From Vicugna vicugna (taxonomy: Eukaryota): a stretch of 64,000 nt of DNA. The notes under the pieces were generated by a model. That model had not been told where the DNA came from and did no database searches. It saw only the letters and a list, made by a program, of their open reading frames with translations. This document shows, piece by piece, positions 1 through 11,689 of the stretch. Numbering within the stretch: position 1 is the stretch's first letter; each line of letters opens with the position of its first letter. The stretch is taken from assembly GCA_013265495.1 (NCBI GenBank), contig MU058636.1, positions 2,901,967 to 2,965,966 of the forward strand. The letters are read 5' to 3'. The translations under genes and the position numbers were made by a program.

Positions 1-115
1 CTCCCCGCCCCCTGCCCACCCCGACCACCCGTGTTTCCCGGCACCCGGGCTCCCCGCAGGGCGCGCGGGGCGGGCATCCCCGAGGCGCCAGGTCGCCCAC
101 GCTTACTCACTCGGT

Positions 116-124
116 GTTGCATCA
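116..124 (-). promoter_or_regulatory. SLC7A1: Intron-1 C/EBP-ATF element TGATGCAAC (Cat-1 intronic element, INE)
   Basis: Plus strand gttgcatca at 116-124, ~250 nt into intron 1; matches the element described in rodent Cat-1 intron 1. Confidence 0.8.
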
Positions 125-611
125 TGCACCACGCCGCGCCTTCAGGAACCAAAATGGACTCCTTAGCGGAGAGTGCCGCATGGGCACCGGCCCGCGAACA
201 CCCCCGACCCACCCGGCCCGCAACCACCCCAGAGGATGCCAGCGGCCCCTGCGCGGGCCCCGCGCCGCTCCCCGCGCCGCCCTCCACGACCCCACGCGGC
301 TTCAGGGTCCCCCGCCCCAAGGTGACCCGAACCCGGGCAGCTGCCCCGGCGCCGGCGGAGGCTGGGCACTCACCAGGCTGGCGGGCAGCGGGCGGTGGGC
401 TGCAGGCAAGAACGAGGGTGGACGGACGCACGAGGTGCTGGACTGACGGACGCTCGGATGGAGACTTGGCCGGACTGACGGACGCCCGGGCGGAGGCGCG
501 GCGCGCGGGGAGCAGGAGTGGGGACTCGGGTAACAGATGCCGGGTGGCCGTGTGCCCCGCGCGGCAGCTGAGCGGCCGATCACACCTGCCCGCGCTGACT
601 GAATGGAGTGT

Positions 612-644
612 CTAGAGCGGGCGGGATCCGGCGCCAGGTTTCAT
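612..644 (-). CDS. Upstream ORF in SLC7A1 exon 1, MKPGAGSRPL* (10 codons), ATG embedded in the AARE
   Basis: ATG AAA CCT GGC GCC GGA TCC CGC CCG CTC TAG; the only minus-strand ATG found in exon 1. Confidence 0.55.
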   Translation of the reverse strand: MKPGAGSRPL

Positions 645-646
645 CA
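638..646 (-). promoter_or_regulatory. SLC7A1: Amino acid response element (AARE, C/EBP-ATF composite, ATF4 site) TGATGAAAC in exon 1
   Basis: Plus strand gtttcatca at 638-646; same sequence and location as the known Cat-1 exon-1 AARE. Confidence 0.88.
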
Positions 647-659
647 GCCGCGCCCCGCG

Positions 660-900
660 CCCCGCGCCCGCCTCCCGCGCCCGCCGCCCAGGCCCGCGCG
701 CGCGCGTCACCGCCCGGCACCAATGGCAGCGCCGCGCGGCCGCGGCTCTGAGCCCGGGAGGCGGCGGGGGCGGCGCGGGGGGCGGGGCGCCGCCGCTTCG
801 CGCGCCCCGCTCCCCAACCTGGGATTCCCCCGCGGGTGGGCGGGGCCTGACGACGCGGGGATGGTCGCCCCGCCCCTCTGTTGCCATCCCTCCGCCAATC
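660..900 (-). promoter_or_regulatory. SLC7A1: TATA-less proximal promoter: GC boxes (Sp/KLF), two CCAAT boxes, half-CRE sites
   Basis: GGGGCGG runs at ~765-790; CCAAT at 720-724 and 895-899; CGTCA at 705-709; TGACG at 848-852. Confidence 0.7.
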
Positions 901-2659
901 CGCGCTCGCGGCGCGACCGCAACCTCTGGTCCCCAGCGCGCGGACCCCGAGCTCGCGGTCAGCTTGCCTCCTCCAAAATTAAAAGATAGGGGATGCCCTT
1001 CAGGGTTTTTTGTTTTTTTTTTAACATTATTATAAATATTCATGTCTTTGTCATTGGAATGTTTTATTGCTATTCCCTTCTTTTTAATAAACGACTTGTC
1101 CTTGCCCCTTGTCAGGAAGGGCCGGAAGCCTGAATGTGCCGGTGCCCCTGGCGGTGGGACCAGCACACCTGGCCGGCGTGCCTGTCTCAGCGGTGACTTC
1201 CGGGCTACTCTCCCGGAGAGGGCAGAACTCGCAGTACCGAGTACCCGGGCGCTCAGCTCAAGTTCCCGCTTTGCCGTCTCTTTGCTCCAGAAAACCCAAG
1301 TAAGAACCACAGTTTTAGAGATCTGGTAACCTGTTACATGAGAGAGGTAAGAAGGTCATAGATGAATCCTGTCAGCCCCCTCTGACTTTGTAGAACAGGG
1401 AAAATGATGGCTTAGTGTCCACAGCCTTGGAATCCTTTCCACACCCACTAGCAACCCCCACAAATGTCCTTGGTCAGTAATGGAGGTTCGTTGTCCACCG
1501 CTGAGTGCCACACTCTGTTGGAATTACTCTAGCAATTTATAAAGCATGTAACTGCTGGATGCTAGCTTCAGAAAACGTTGTAATGAGAACACAGAAACAG
1601 GCTTGTATTTGTAAAGAACCCTGAACAGTGGTTGGCACCATAGTTAAGCTGTTGTTTTAAAACAACAAATTCCAGTTTCAACTGAACGATGGTGAAGTGA
1701 TGCTTTGAGGTTGCATTAAGGAGGTCTCCTGTGCGGGGGCTTTTCCTGAATCCCACACGGCCTCCTTAATCTGCTGAAACTGCCGTCAGAGGAGCTCCAG
1801 AAGGAAGTCTGTTGTGATTCAGGGACCACTGGCTTTGCCTTTGCACTTGATCTGGGTTTGAATCTGAATTCTGCCACTCCATTTCCGTGTGGTCTTCTGC
1901 AAGCTACTTCACCTTTATTTGGACCTTATATACCTTATATTCTTACCAGGGTATCCTTTAATGCTTGAAATATGATTGTGGGATTTTCTGTTTAAAATTC
2001 TTGGCAGTAAATAGAATTTAGTAGATTGTAGAGGCGGTCTGCTTGGGCAACACAGAAAGGGAACATTGTAAGTTCTGAGAGCAAGTGTTCCAGGCCCTGA
2101 TGGGGTATGGGAAGAACTTAACCGAGGGAATTTCCAGCCCTGTGCTCCATTTCACAGCCCCACCCATCCAACTTCATCTTCAGGGAGACTCTGGGAGACC
2201 TTCCATGACAAGGCCAGTAAGCAAGCAACATCCTGGCTCAGAAAGGATTCCATGTGAACCGGGGAAAAAATAATTCTGTGCAAGGTCTCAGCAAAAAGTT
2301 AGGGAAAAAGCTGAAAATAACTGGCTGAATGTTTCAAGTGAAACTAAAGTTCAGGCAGGTTAGGATTTACATTGCAGGTCCAGAGGGATCATGAGTGACA
2401 AGTGATTCCTTGATTAGAATCAAAGAGCAATCAAGCCGAGATTCCCAAGACCATTAAGGAAAGGAGTTGCTAGGATTTAGGCCCTAGGAGCACCACCTAA
2501 GGTGATGGCGGACAGACCAGGCCCCCGGCTAGTACCATTAGGCAGCTTAGGCTACGGAAAGGGCAGAGGATCAGAGGCAGACGGACAGTGGTTTCGGACT
2601 CTACCTCCGCTTTCTGCTAGCTGCTGGCCTAGGGGAACTGCGTTCGTCCTCTTTTAACA

Positions 2660-3060
2660 ACATACTGTATGAGGCCAACTTCTGGAAAGAGCAAACTTAC
2701 GGAGACAGTAAGAAGATCAGTGGTTGCCAGGGGCTCATGGGGGAAAGAGGCGGGAGAGATGAATAAGCAGAACCCAGGGGATTTTTAGGGCAGTGAAACT
2801 ACGCTTCACAATACTGTCGGGGCTCACGTGTCATTACACACTTGTCAAAACCCATAGAGGGCACAACACAAAAAGGAAACCTTAATATAAACTGTGCAAT
2901 TTAGCTAATCACAATGTGTCAACATTGGCTCATCAATTTTAGCAAATATACCACAATAACTCAAGGTGTTAATAATAGGGGAAACCGGAGTGGGGGAGGG
3001 GGTATATAGGAATCCTCTGTACTTCCCCCTTATTTTTTGGTAAATCTAAAACTGCATGTT
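2660..3060 (+). mobile_element. L1MC-type LINE-1 3' UTR fragment
   Basis: agatcagtggttgccagggg...gatttttagggcagtgaaact...gtcaaaacccatagag...taaatctaaaactg. Confidence 0.8.
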
Positions 3061-3199
3061 GAATATATAGTATTGATGTAGAAATGTATACATGTGTAAA
3101 GTGCCTGGTACAAATCTACATATAGAAAGTACCCATTTAATAATAGTCATTGCTAGACAGATTAAGGAAACAGAGCCACTCCATTTTCTGAAGTGTTCC

Positions 3200-3420
3200 A
3201 AGGCAATATTGGATAGGTTAAGAGTGTGGGCTCTGGAGTCAGAGAGCATGGCTTCTAACGCTGACTACGTGTCTTCTAAGCCACGCGCACTTAGGCAAAC
3301 GGCTTCAGCTTTCTCCAACGTTCACTTTCCTCGTTTCTAAGATAGGGATTATGTGCCTGTGACAAATAAATGACAAAATTCTTGCAAAACACTGAGCACC
3401 AGACCTGATATATAGCAAAC
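3200..3420 (+). mobile_element. MIR SINE
   Basis: ggttaagagtgtgggctctggagtcaga...cttaggcaa...tttcctc core. Confidence 0.7.
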
Positions 3421-3695
3421 TCCCACAGGATGTGGTTAAGTCCAACGCTAGACCGATTCGTGGGGTCACACAAAATGCAAAGAAGGAAGCATTTCTTCTT
3501 CCGTAGTAAAGGGGTGTTCTTACAACCAGACGTTTTTGCAGGAAAAGGCTATCAGTAGTTGGGTCTGCACCTCACCATTCTGGTTCCCTGGGGGTCCAGG
3601 TAAGGGGCAAGGAACACAGTTGTCACTTGTCCCACTCTTCAGAGGAACTCTACTGTGGCCTGGCCAGCTCCATCCCCTTTTCTGGGAGATTCTGC

Positions 3696-4189
3696 TTTTT
3701 TTTTTTTAATTGAAATGTAGTTGATTTACAATGGTAGTTTCAGGTGTACAGCAAAGTGATTCAGTTATATATATATATACACATACATATTTATATTTTT
3801 TTCTTTTCAGATTCTTTTCCATTTTGTGTTATTATAAGAAATTGAATGTAGTTCCCTGTGCTATACCACAGGTCCTTGTTGTTTATCTATCTTATATATA
3901 GTAGTGTGTATCTGTTAATCTCATACTCGTAATTTATCCCTCCCCCTCCTTTCCCCTTTGGTAACCATATGTTTTGTTTTCTATGTCTGTGAGTCTGTTA
4001 TAGGTTTGTAAATAGAATTTGTATCATTTTTTCTTGATTCCGCATGTAAGTGATATGATGTGATATTTGTCCTTCTCTGTCTGACTTACTTCACTCAATA
4101 TGATGATCTCTAGGTCCATCTATGCTGCCACAGATGGCATTATTTTGTTCTTTTTATGGCTGAGTAATATTCCATTGTGTGTGTGTGTG

Positions 4190-4229
<40 letters not shown>

Positions 4230-4284
4230 ACATCTTCTTTATCCAGTCATCCATTGATGGACATTTAGGTTCTTTCCATCTTGG
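3696..4284 (-). mobile_element. 5'-truncated cetartiodactyl/camelid-type L1 (ORF2 C-terminus + 3' UTR) with TSD and internal (TG)n(TA)n
   Basis: Poly-T then aattgaaatgtagttgatttacaat...tttcaggtgtacagcaaagtgattcag; minus ORF WKEPKCPSMDDWIKKMWYI is L1 ORF2 C-terminal; GGGAGATTCTG on both flanks (3684-3694, 4291-4301). Confidence 0.9.
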
Positions 4285-5129
4285 GATGGAGGGAGATTCT
4301 GTTCTTGGCTTCCCAACATCCCCAGCTAGTGTGTCCTCAACAGAACCTGCCATCACAAACCCCCACCTCCCTCAGCACAGAAATTTGTTCGGGGGTGGGG
4401 GCTCCTGACCCAAGGGGGTCCGTCACCTCCTGGCTACAGCCAGGGCTCACAGTGTCTGGGTAGATGACATAAACTAAGGTCCACTCAGAAGCCTTCCCAA
4501 GGCCTTCGGGAGTTGGAAGAAAGAGAATTTCTTTACTCCGTGTCAGCACAGTGGGACAGATGTCCACCAAGTGCTACCAGCAGCCACCACTGTGTGGCAT
4601 CAGCCAGTCAGAGAGAATGAAGGGGAAACAGAAATCAAAGATGAGGGGCGAAGTGACTCTTAGTCAAGTCCCCGTTCAGTGCTCCTGAGGCCACCGTCTA
4701 GATTTCTGAGCCACTGAGGTGCTCCTTTCTGCTCGCTTTCTGTCACTTTTATCAAAAAAGAGTCTCGATTCGTACAGCTTTCCCGTCCTAGGCGCTGTCT
4801 GCCCTGGGCCAGGTGGGAAGAGGCATAAACACCTGATAAAGCGCTGCCCCTCCAGCCAAGGCCGCGCTTGCCGGCCTGGTGCCCGGGAGCATGGAGAAGA
4901 GCGGCCCTTGGGCTCAGAGGTCCTGGCTTGGTTAGCTGACAGCAAGTGACATCAGACCCCTGCCAGGCGTTCAGGAGACCTTTGAAACCAGCTGTACACA
5001 TGGCCGCGTCATGGTAGAAAGTGCTCTCTCTCCACCACAAAACCAGCGTGCGGACCCTCAAGAGGAAGAGCCTTTCTTACCGTGTACATCTTTGTGAAAA
5101 AACACAGCTGTAAGAAAATAGCTTTTCTT

Positions 5130-5600
5130 ATTAGCAGAGAGATGCCCACAACAGTTTATGTCCATGTATTTGTCACAGGGTCATTCATAATAGCAAAAGA
5201 AGAAACTTCATAAATGTCCAAATATAAAAAATTGGTTAAATACATTCATATCCATTCATAAAATGGAATGGAATATTAAGCGACCATTAAAATACCATGT
5301 TTTCAAATATGTGGAAAGTACTTAGATTATATCATGAGAATGGGTTATAATATTTTCATCTGCAATATACTTCCAATTTATATATATATACACACATGTA
5401 CATGTCTATCTGTATATATAAACATACATTCTATATTTACATATATGCATATATATTATATGTAATTAGGATGAAAATATTAAAATGTCTCTAGTAGGAG
5501 TTTTAATTCTTTCGTATACTTGCTTCAATAGTCTACATTGAATATTTACAATAAACTCAATAGATGTTATTAAAATTCAGGATTGTAACTAAAAAATAAA
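5130..5600 (+). mobile_element. Old L1ME-like 3' fragment with TA-rich low complexity
   Basis: cattcataatagcaaaa...aaatgtcca...ttggttaaata...atggaatatt. Confidence 0.6.
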
Positions 5601-6224
5601 CTAAAATTCTACCTCCAGCCCCATTCTCTCCCCAATATCTGTAGAGCCAAAGAACACCCATGCCTTCATCCTCAACTCCCACTGTCCCTTGTGGTTTGTC
5701 TAGAAAGAAGCTCACACCTGGCGTGTAACTGTTGACAAGGTTTCAGGCCATTAGCACCAGGTAACCAGGTGACCAGGTGACCAGGGCGTGAGCTCTGAAA
5801 AGACGGTTATCAGCCTTGTCTTCCCCACAAGTATCCAAAGTAAATATATTAAAATAAGTGTGATGAAGTCCAGCTATTGCCATTTTTTTCCCATGCTGCC
5901 CTGACTCCCTTCAGTGCCTTCTCCTTTCACACCTTCTCAAACAAAAATCTTCTGGGGTCCCTCCAAGCTGAACCCTGGCGGGTGTCACCACGAAGAGAGG
6001 AAACTGCTTCCCTCCCCTCCCCAGTTTAAGTCTGCATCAAATTTGAAGCCCAATGGTACATATTTCCTACTGGATTTCCATAGTGCCGGAAAGTTCTTTG
6101 TGCTCCATGAGAAAGTTTTTACCTCATTTTCCATACCTTTGCTGTGTCCTTTAACATTTGAATGATATATCCATTGACATTTAAATTTAGGAAACACATG
6201 AGAACATTCTGGAATACATAACGT

Positions 6225-6600
6225 GTTGTGGACTGATTTGCCTCCCCCCAAAATTCATATGCTGAAGCCCTAGTCCCCCAGGACCTCAGAATGGGGCTGT
6301 ATTTGGAGATTAGACCTTTAAAGAGGTAGTTAAATTAAATGAAGCCCTAATCCGATATGATTGGTGTCTTTATAAGAAAAGGAGATCAGGACTGACAGAG
6401 AGACCCCAGGGATGGGTGGGCACAGAGAAGGGCTGTGTGAAGACGCAGGGAGAGGCGGCCATCGGCAAGCCAAGGGGAGAGGCCTCAGAGGAGACCAGGC
6501 TTGCCAGCCCCTCAGTCGTGGACTTCCAGCCTCCTGAACTGCGGGAAAATACACCTGCTCTTTAAGCCCCCTAGGCTGTGGTATTTTGACACGGCAGGAA
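6225..6600 (+). mobile_element. MaLR LTR, MLT1B-like
   Basis: tgttgtggactga...cccccaaaattcatatgctgaagccctag...gtatttggagat...gccctaatcc...tgtctttataagaa. Confidence 0.85.
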
Positions 6601-7719
6601 TCACGTTTAAAAGAAGAAAGACAGTCAGAGCTGGAAAAGGCCTTGAGCCGGGCTCCACCAGAGCAAGCCTCCGGTTTGCAGGAGCAGGGAGGCGCCCTGT
6701 AGTCCTCGGGGTCATAGGACCCACAGAGCAGAAGCAGGTCCTGGGACTGGCCGTGCAGAACTTCGCCACGTCAGCCTGATGCCTCCGTTTGCTTACGGAG
6801 CTACTTGTTACTATTAAGGTGTTTCCCACGACCGCTCTCTTCCCCCTGGGCTCCTGTGCCCAATGTGGAGGATGGAGAAGCCTGAGATCTTGGCGTCACC
6901 CTGGCCTGTGATGTTGCAGTTTAGTAACTGCGCTGCCCACACAGGCTGCACTTGCTGCGAACAGGCGGCAGGAAGACCCAGCTTCAGAAGTCTGGTGTTC
7001 CCACTGCGAGCAGAGGCGGGGCGGGGAAGACAGGGCCTGGGGCGTCAGCTAGAAGTGGCTGTGAATCTGGACTGCGTGGCTGAGCAACTGTGTGCCGTTG
7101 GCCAAGTGACAATCTCTCGGAGTCTCCTTCAGCGAGGGCACCAGTGTCTACCCTTGACTGCTTCCTCCCGCCTACCTCGTAACCTCTCTGTCTTCCTGCC
7201 AGCCCCTCCTCGCCTTCTTGTTGGAAGAAACAAAGCTGAAGAAAGTGTCGCCAGCCCTAGTGCCCAGGTTTCTGATTCTCTTCTGTCTCCCTCCACCAGG
7301 GTTCTATGTGGTGCCTGGAGACAGCTCCCCAGACAGATCGTCTTCTGTGCGGCTTTACTAATTTCTGCAGGGATTTGATTTGGCAAAAGCCATCTCCTTC
7401 TTCGGATTTCTGAAAAGGTGTGCCACTTGCGTGATGCGCCAGCTTTAGCCAAACCTAGCCGCAGTGTTGGTTGCACTCTGGAAATGCTCATTACTGTCTT
7501 AAGATAAAAAGTGTGAGATCTCAGCTTACGCTAACACCCCAGAAGTTTCTGCTTGGTTAAGCAAAAGTGTAACCTTTATACAAAGATATTTTGGGCCTCT
7601 AAACAGGTTGTCCATATCCCTAGCCATCCCTTTCCTGCCTTGAGCTGATCTAACCTCAAAGAACTGGGATTAGGTCTCTGTGTTTGCATCTTACGCCGAA
7701 ATCTCCTAGAAGAGTGGGC

Positions 7720-7930
7720 TGTCAAGGTAGTGAGCACAGTGCAGTGGCCGGGAACACAGACGGTTGAGACGGAGACATCTGTGGGACTCTCAGCAGGTAA
7801 CTGAGCTCTTGAGGCCTCAGTTTCCTCATCTGAAAAATGGGAACTCTAACAAGCTGCTCTAAGAGTTGAGATAGAGCCTGAATGGCTCCTGTGCAGTGCC
7901 TGGCACATTATGATAATGATTCCATAAAGG
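7720..7930 (+). mobile_element. MIR SINE
   Basis: gcctcagtttcctcatctgaaaaatggg...cagtgcctggcacat. Confidence 0.7.
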
Positions 7931-10429
7931 CCACAAATCACGACTGCTGTTATCATCCATAATCTTCACCTAATGCAGTGGTCTTTGAGGTGAGGCATAG
8001 AAGGAATCCCCTTCTAGCATCCACTTCAACCCTACAGAAGGACTGTGATAGGTTCTGCTCAGGTCATATGCCCACGCATGTGCACCTCTCTCTGATTCCG
8101 GCAGAATAGTACTGTCTTGTGGGCTAGCCTGGGTCACACACCTACCCCTGTGGGGCGTGGGGACCGTTCGGAGAGGAGGCTTATTTGTGGTTCCACCAGT
8201 GTCACGAAAATAGAGGAAGCGGTGGTCTCCAAAGGAAGGAGATGTGAGCAGGCGAGAAAGAAACTGGTGTCCACTGTCTTCTCCAGCTTCCCTACTGGTT
8301 CCAGTGTCTCCCAGCCCACTCCCAGAGGGATCTTCACCATGTGTGCTTCATGTGGTACCACTGTCTGGCCCCAGTGCACATCCACGCTCGTGCATCCTGT
8401 GTACCAGTCTCACCCCAGGTAGGGAAATAAACTTACCGTCCAGCTGTGCTAGCTCTGCCATGCAGCTGTGCGACCCCACATCAGTGCCACCCTGCACTCT
8501 CACTGCCTGGAGAGACTTGTCAAGTTTACCCCTTCTTTTCGTTAGTCTGTCCTTCCATGAAATCCTGGGATCTAGGCTGAAGGATGCACTATGAGCAGAA
8601 CTGATTGGCTCTAAGAGACGTGCCCTTCCCCTGTGATGCTGGCCTTGAATCAAACTTGTGGTCTTTCTCCCCTTGGGTTGAGTTGCTTCCCAGAAGCTCT
8701 CTCAGCCTCTCACTCCAGGATGCTCCGGGGAGCCCAGCCCCGGCTCTCCCACTGGACCAGGCTTGATAACTCAGCCTCCTGCAGAGTTATCAGTGGGGTC
8801 ACTGCCACACTTGTTTTATAAAGAATATTTTTATTACTAGATTTCCTACGTAAGTGTCAACCAACAGATTTATTAATTAGTTATCCTCAACATCTTATTA
8901 CCCAACCATTGATCATGTATCAGATTGGCTGGGTGATATTCTAATTAGTTGTTACCCGGACCCAAGAAGTGTAAATTGTAAATTGCTTCTGTAGAAAAGT
9001 TCTTTCTCTGAGGGACAGAGGTGCTTCGATTTGCCTCTGTTCCCGTGCAGAAATCTTGCATTTTTGAAGTCCTAAACATAAAATGCTGATGTAACAGTCA
9101 ACATAACTGTTGGCTTTCTAATTGACCAGGGGTAGAATTTTTTAAAGCAAAGGAGAAATGCCTTGATTAACTCTGTAGTGACTAAAGTATATTTGCAGTG
9201 GTGCCAGACCATCCGTCCATACCAAAAATGTCTTCCCATTCGTGAGGCATATTGTCAATCAAAAGGAACAATTAGATGCAAACAGAAATTGGCAGATACA
9301 TGGGCAGAATTTCAACACATTCTTAGCCTCATTCACTCCTAATGTGTAGATGAGCTTGTGGACTCATGCCGTGGCCAGGTTTCCCTCCTCTCACCTCACA
9401 AGCATCCTCTTGTCCTGCCTCCTAACACAGGTCATCACTCCCCCACCCCCACCCGCACATCTTTCCTCCCAGTAGACCTGGTCCAGCCCCGCTCATTTCC
9501 AGCGTCAATTTCCATCTGCCCCGTAGCAAATAATAATCACTCAGGAGACAGCAACTTAGGAGCCTTCTTCTCCAGTACACGCTCACATTTCCTCACCGTG
9601 AGCCAGCCTTCCCAGCCTGGCGTCTGCATTCTACCCAGGTAAGGAAAGGAAGCAGGCAATTTAGAAACCTTGTTTACCGCTTGCAGTTATGCTGCTGTTG
9701 TTTTTCTGGTGCTGAAAATTACGCACAACACACCAAGGTCTAAAGCAAACACTTGTCAGATGAAACCAACGACAAATGAGAGAATCAGAAGACGTTGATC
9801 TGAGAGCACAGCGGACCATTCTGCTTTGCTGTAGCAGAGTTAATGACAATGTCAAGATCACTAATTTTGTGATTCTCTCCTGTGCAGCACGCGTCTGAGA
9901 GTAAGGAGAGAACAGAGCTGTTCTTCTGCCCACTGGTCAGTTGTCTGGGGAGAGGCAGGTTGCTGGTGAATACTGGCTGGAAGGTGTGTCCACTCACCTG
10001 TGCCAACCCAGGCACCCATGCTGGGAACCTCTCCTGGGCTTTTCCTCCTCCAAACACAAACAAAAGAATATATACATCCCTTCCTCTTTGCCTGGTAATT
10101 CAACAAATGAGTCTCTTGGGATGTTAACAAAGAGTAAATGATTATATGCGCTTATTAACTGGGGCTTCCTGAAGAAATAGTTTAAACCCAATCAGACCTA
10201 CCCCTTACTTATAACCTCTGTATCCTTTATAAGCACCATTCCACTGAACTCTCAAAAGAAATCCCATAAAGTGAGGGTTTTAATTTCCTCTCCTGCAGAG
10301 GAGAAGACTGAAGTTCTGAGTGTTTAAATGATTTGCCCAAAGGAGGTCACAATCTAAACCCAGGCCCTTTCACCACTGTGTGCCCCGAAGATAAACTTGA
10401 TCCTGCCCAAGATCACACACTTAGCAGAA

Positions 10430-10880
10430 AAAGATGCTTGAAAAAATAATGGTAAAAAATTCCCAAATCTCATGAAAAAGATCTACCTCTAGATCCAAGA
10501 AGCTCAGCAAACCAGAAGCAGATACAAAAATCAAACAAACACAAAACACCATTGTCAAACTGCAAAAATCCAAAGAGAAATTCTTTAAGGCAGCCAGAGG
10601 GAAAAACAGACATTGCAAACGGGGGAAAAACATGGATTCTCAGTAGAAATGATGGAGACCAGAACATAGTGGATGACATTTGTAAAAACAAACAGACAAA
10701 AATGAAAAACACAAAATGTCAACCCAGAATTCTGGATTCGGGAAAAATGGTCCTAAGCATGAAATAATGAGAACTGAGCAGACCTGCGGGAGCATTTCTT
10801 AGTGCTTCAGATGTTCTCCAGGCTGAAGGGCAATTGCAGCAGATTGAAACTTGGATCTGGAGGAAGTAAAGGGAGCACTG
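10430..10880 (+). mobile_element. L1M ORF1 remnant
   Basis: gaaaaaataatgg...ttcccaaat...gatccaagaagctcagcaaacc...aaggcagccagaggg. Confidence 0.8.
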
Positions 10881-11689
10881 TGTCCCAGAGCCTGGTCTAG
10901 GCTTGCGACATACGGAGGCAGCAGTTTGAGGGGGAACAAGAGAGTTTGGGGAAAATAGCCAAACCAAATTTTTTTTAAAGCAATGAAGCCATATCATATG
11001 TCATAAGGACAGAGAACTTGTTTTCTCTTTTTTTATACTGTTCAGGATTTTTCCCTAGGTGATGTGGGTTTTTTAATTTTATGACTTTTGTTGTACAAAC
11101 TTCCCATTTTTACCTAGTTATCTTTCCTTTTGCTATGTCTCTAATTGCTCTTGTCCTTAGAAAGCTTTTCCTGACCAGAGATAACGTGATTATACAGCTT
11201 CTTTATATTCAATTATTTAATTTACCCAAATTTATTATAATGTATGCAATGAAGTGAGAATACAGATCTCCCCTATTAGCCAGTTCTCCAACACCATCTG
11301 TTGAATAATCTACCCCCTTGCCATTGACTTATGATGTGTCCTTTATTATATATTAAGCTTATGCTTACAGGGTCCACTTCTGAGCTAGTCTTTCTTGTTG
11401 ATTTATTATTGCTTACATATTATACTGTTTTCCTTTGGACAGCCTCATGCTGTAGCTCAGTATCAAGCAGATAAATCATTCCCGTTTCACATTTCTCTTT
11501 CTCAAATTTTACTCTTCACATCAGTTTATTCTTAGAATCATTTACTGTATTTCTTCTCTGACACACATAACTCTGGAGTGTTGAATGAAATTTCTTTGAC
11601 TACAAATTCATTTATGAAGAATGTATACCTTTGCTGTGGTCCATTTTACCACGAGGAATGAAAAATATCTCATTTTCATTAACGTCCAA

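Larger units (their letters stand above)
374..660 (-). other. SLC7A1: Non-coding first exon (5' UTR) of SLC7A1/CAT-1; TSS approximate; coding exons lie outside the window to the left
   Basis: Minus strand reads GCTGATGAAACCTGGCGCCGGA...CCATTCAGTC...GGCAGGTGTGA...CCACTCCT..CTCCCCGCGCGCCGCGCC, matching my recollection of the human SLC7A1 leader; ends at donor CTG|GTGAGT (intron starts at 373). Confidence 0.85.
1..970. promoter_or_regulatory. SLC7A1: CpG island spanning the SLC7A1 promoter, exon 1 and start of intron 1
   Basis: Very high GC with undepleted CpG (e.g. (CG)6 at 695-706), ending abruptly at an AT/T-rich block at ~975-1095. Confidence 0.93.

Noticed and set aside
31..1310. Long ORFs 31..615 (+), 603..989 (+), 612..1310 (-)
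   Set aside because: Low-complexity R/P/G/A peptides expected from stop-poor CpG-island DNA; they overlap the non-coding exon and promoter
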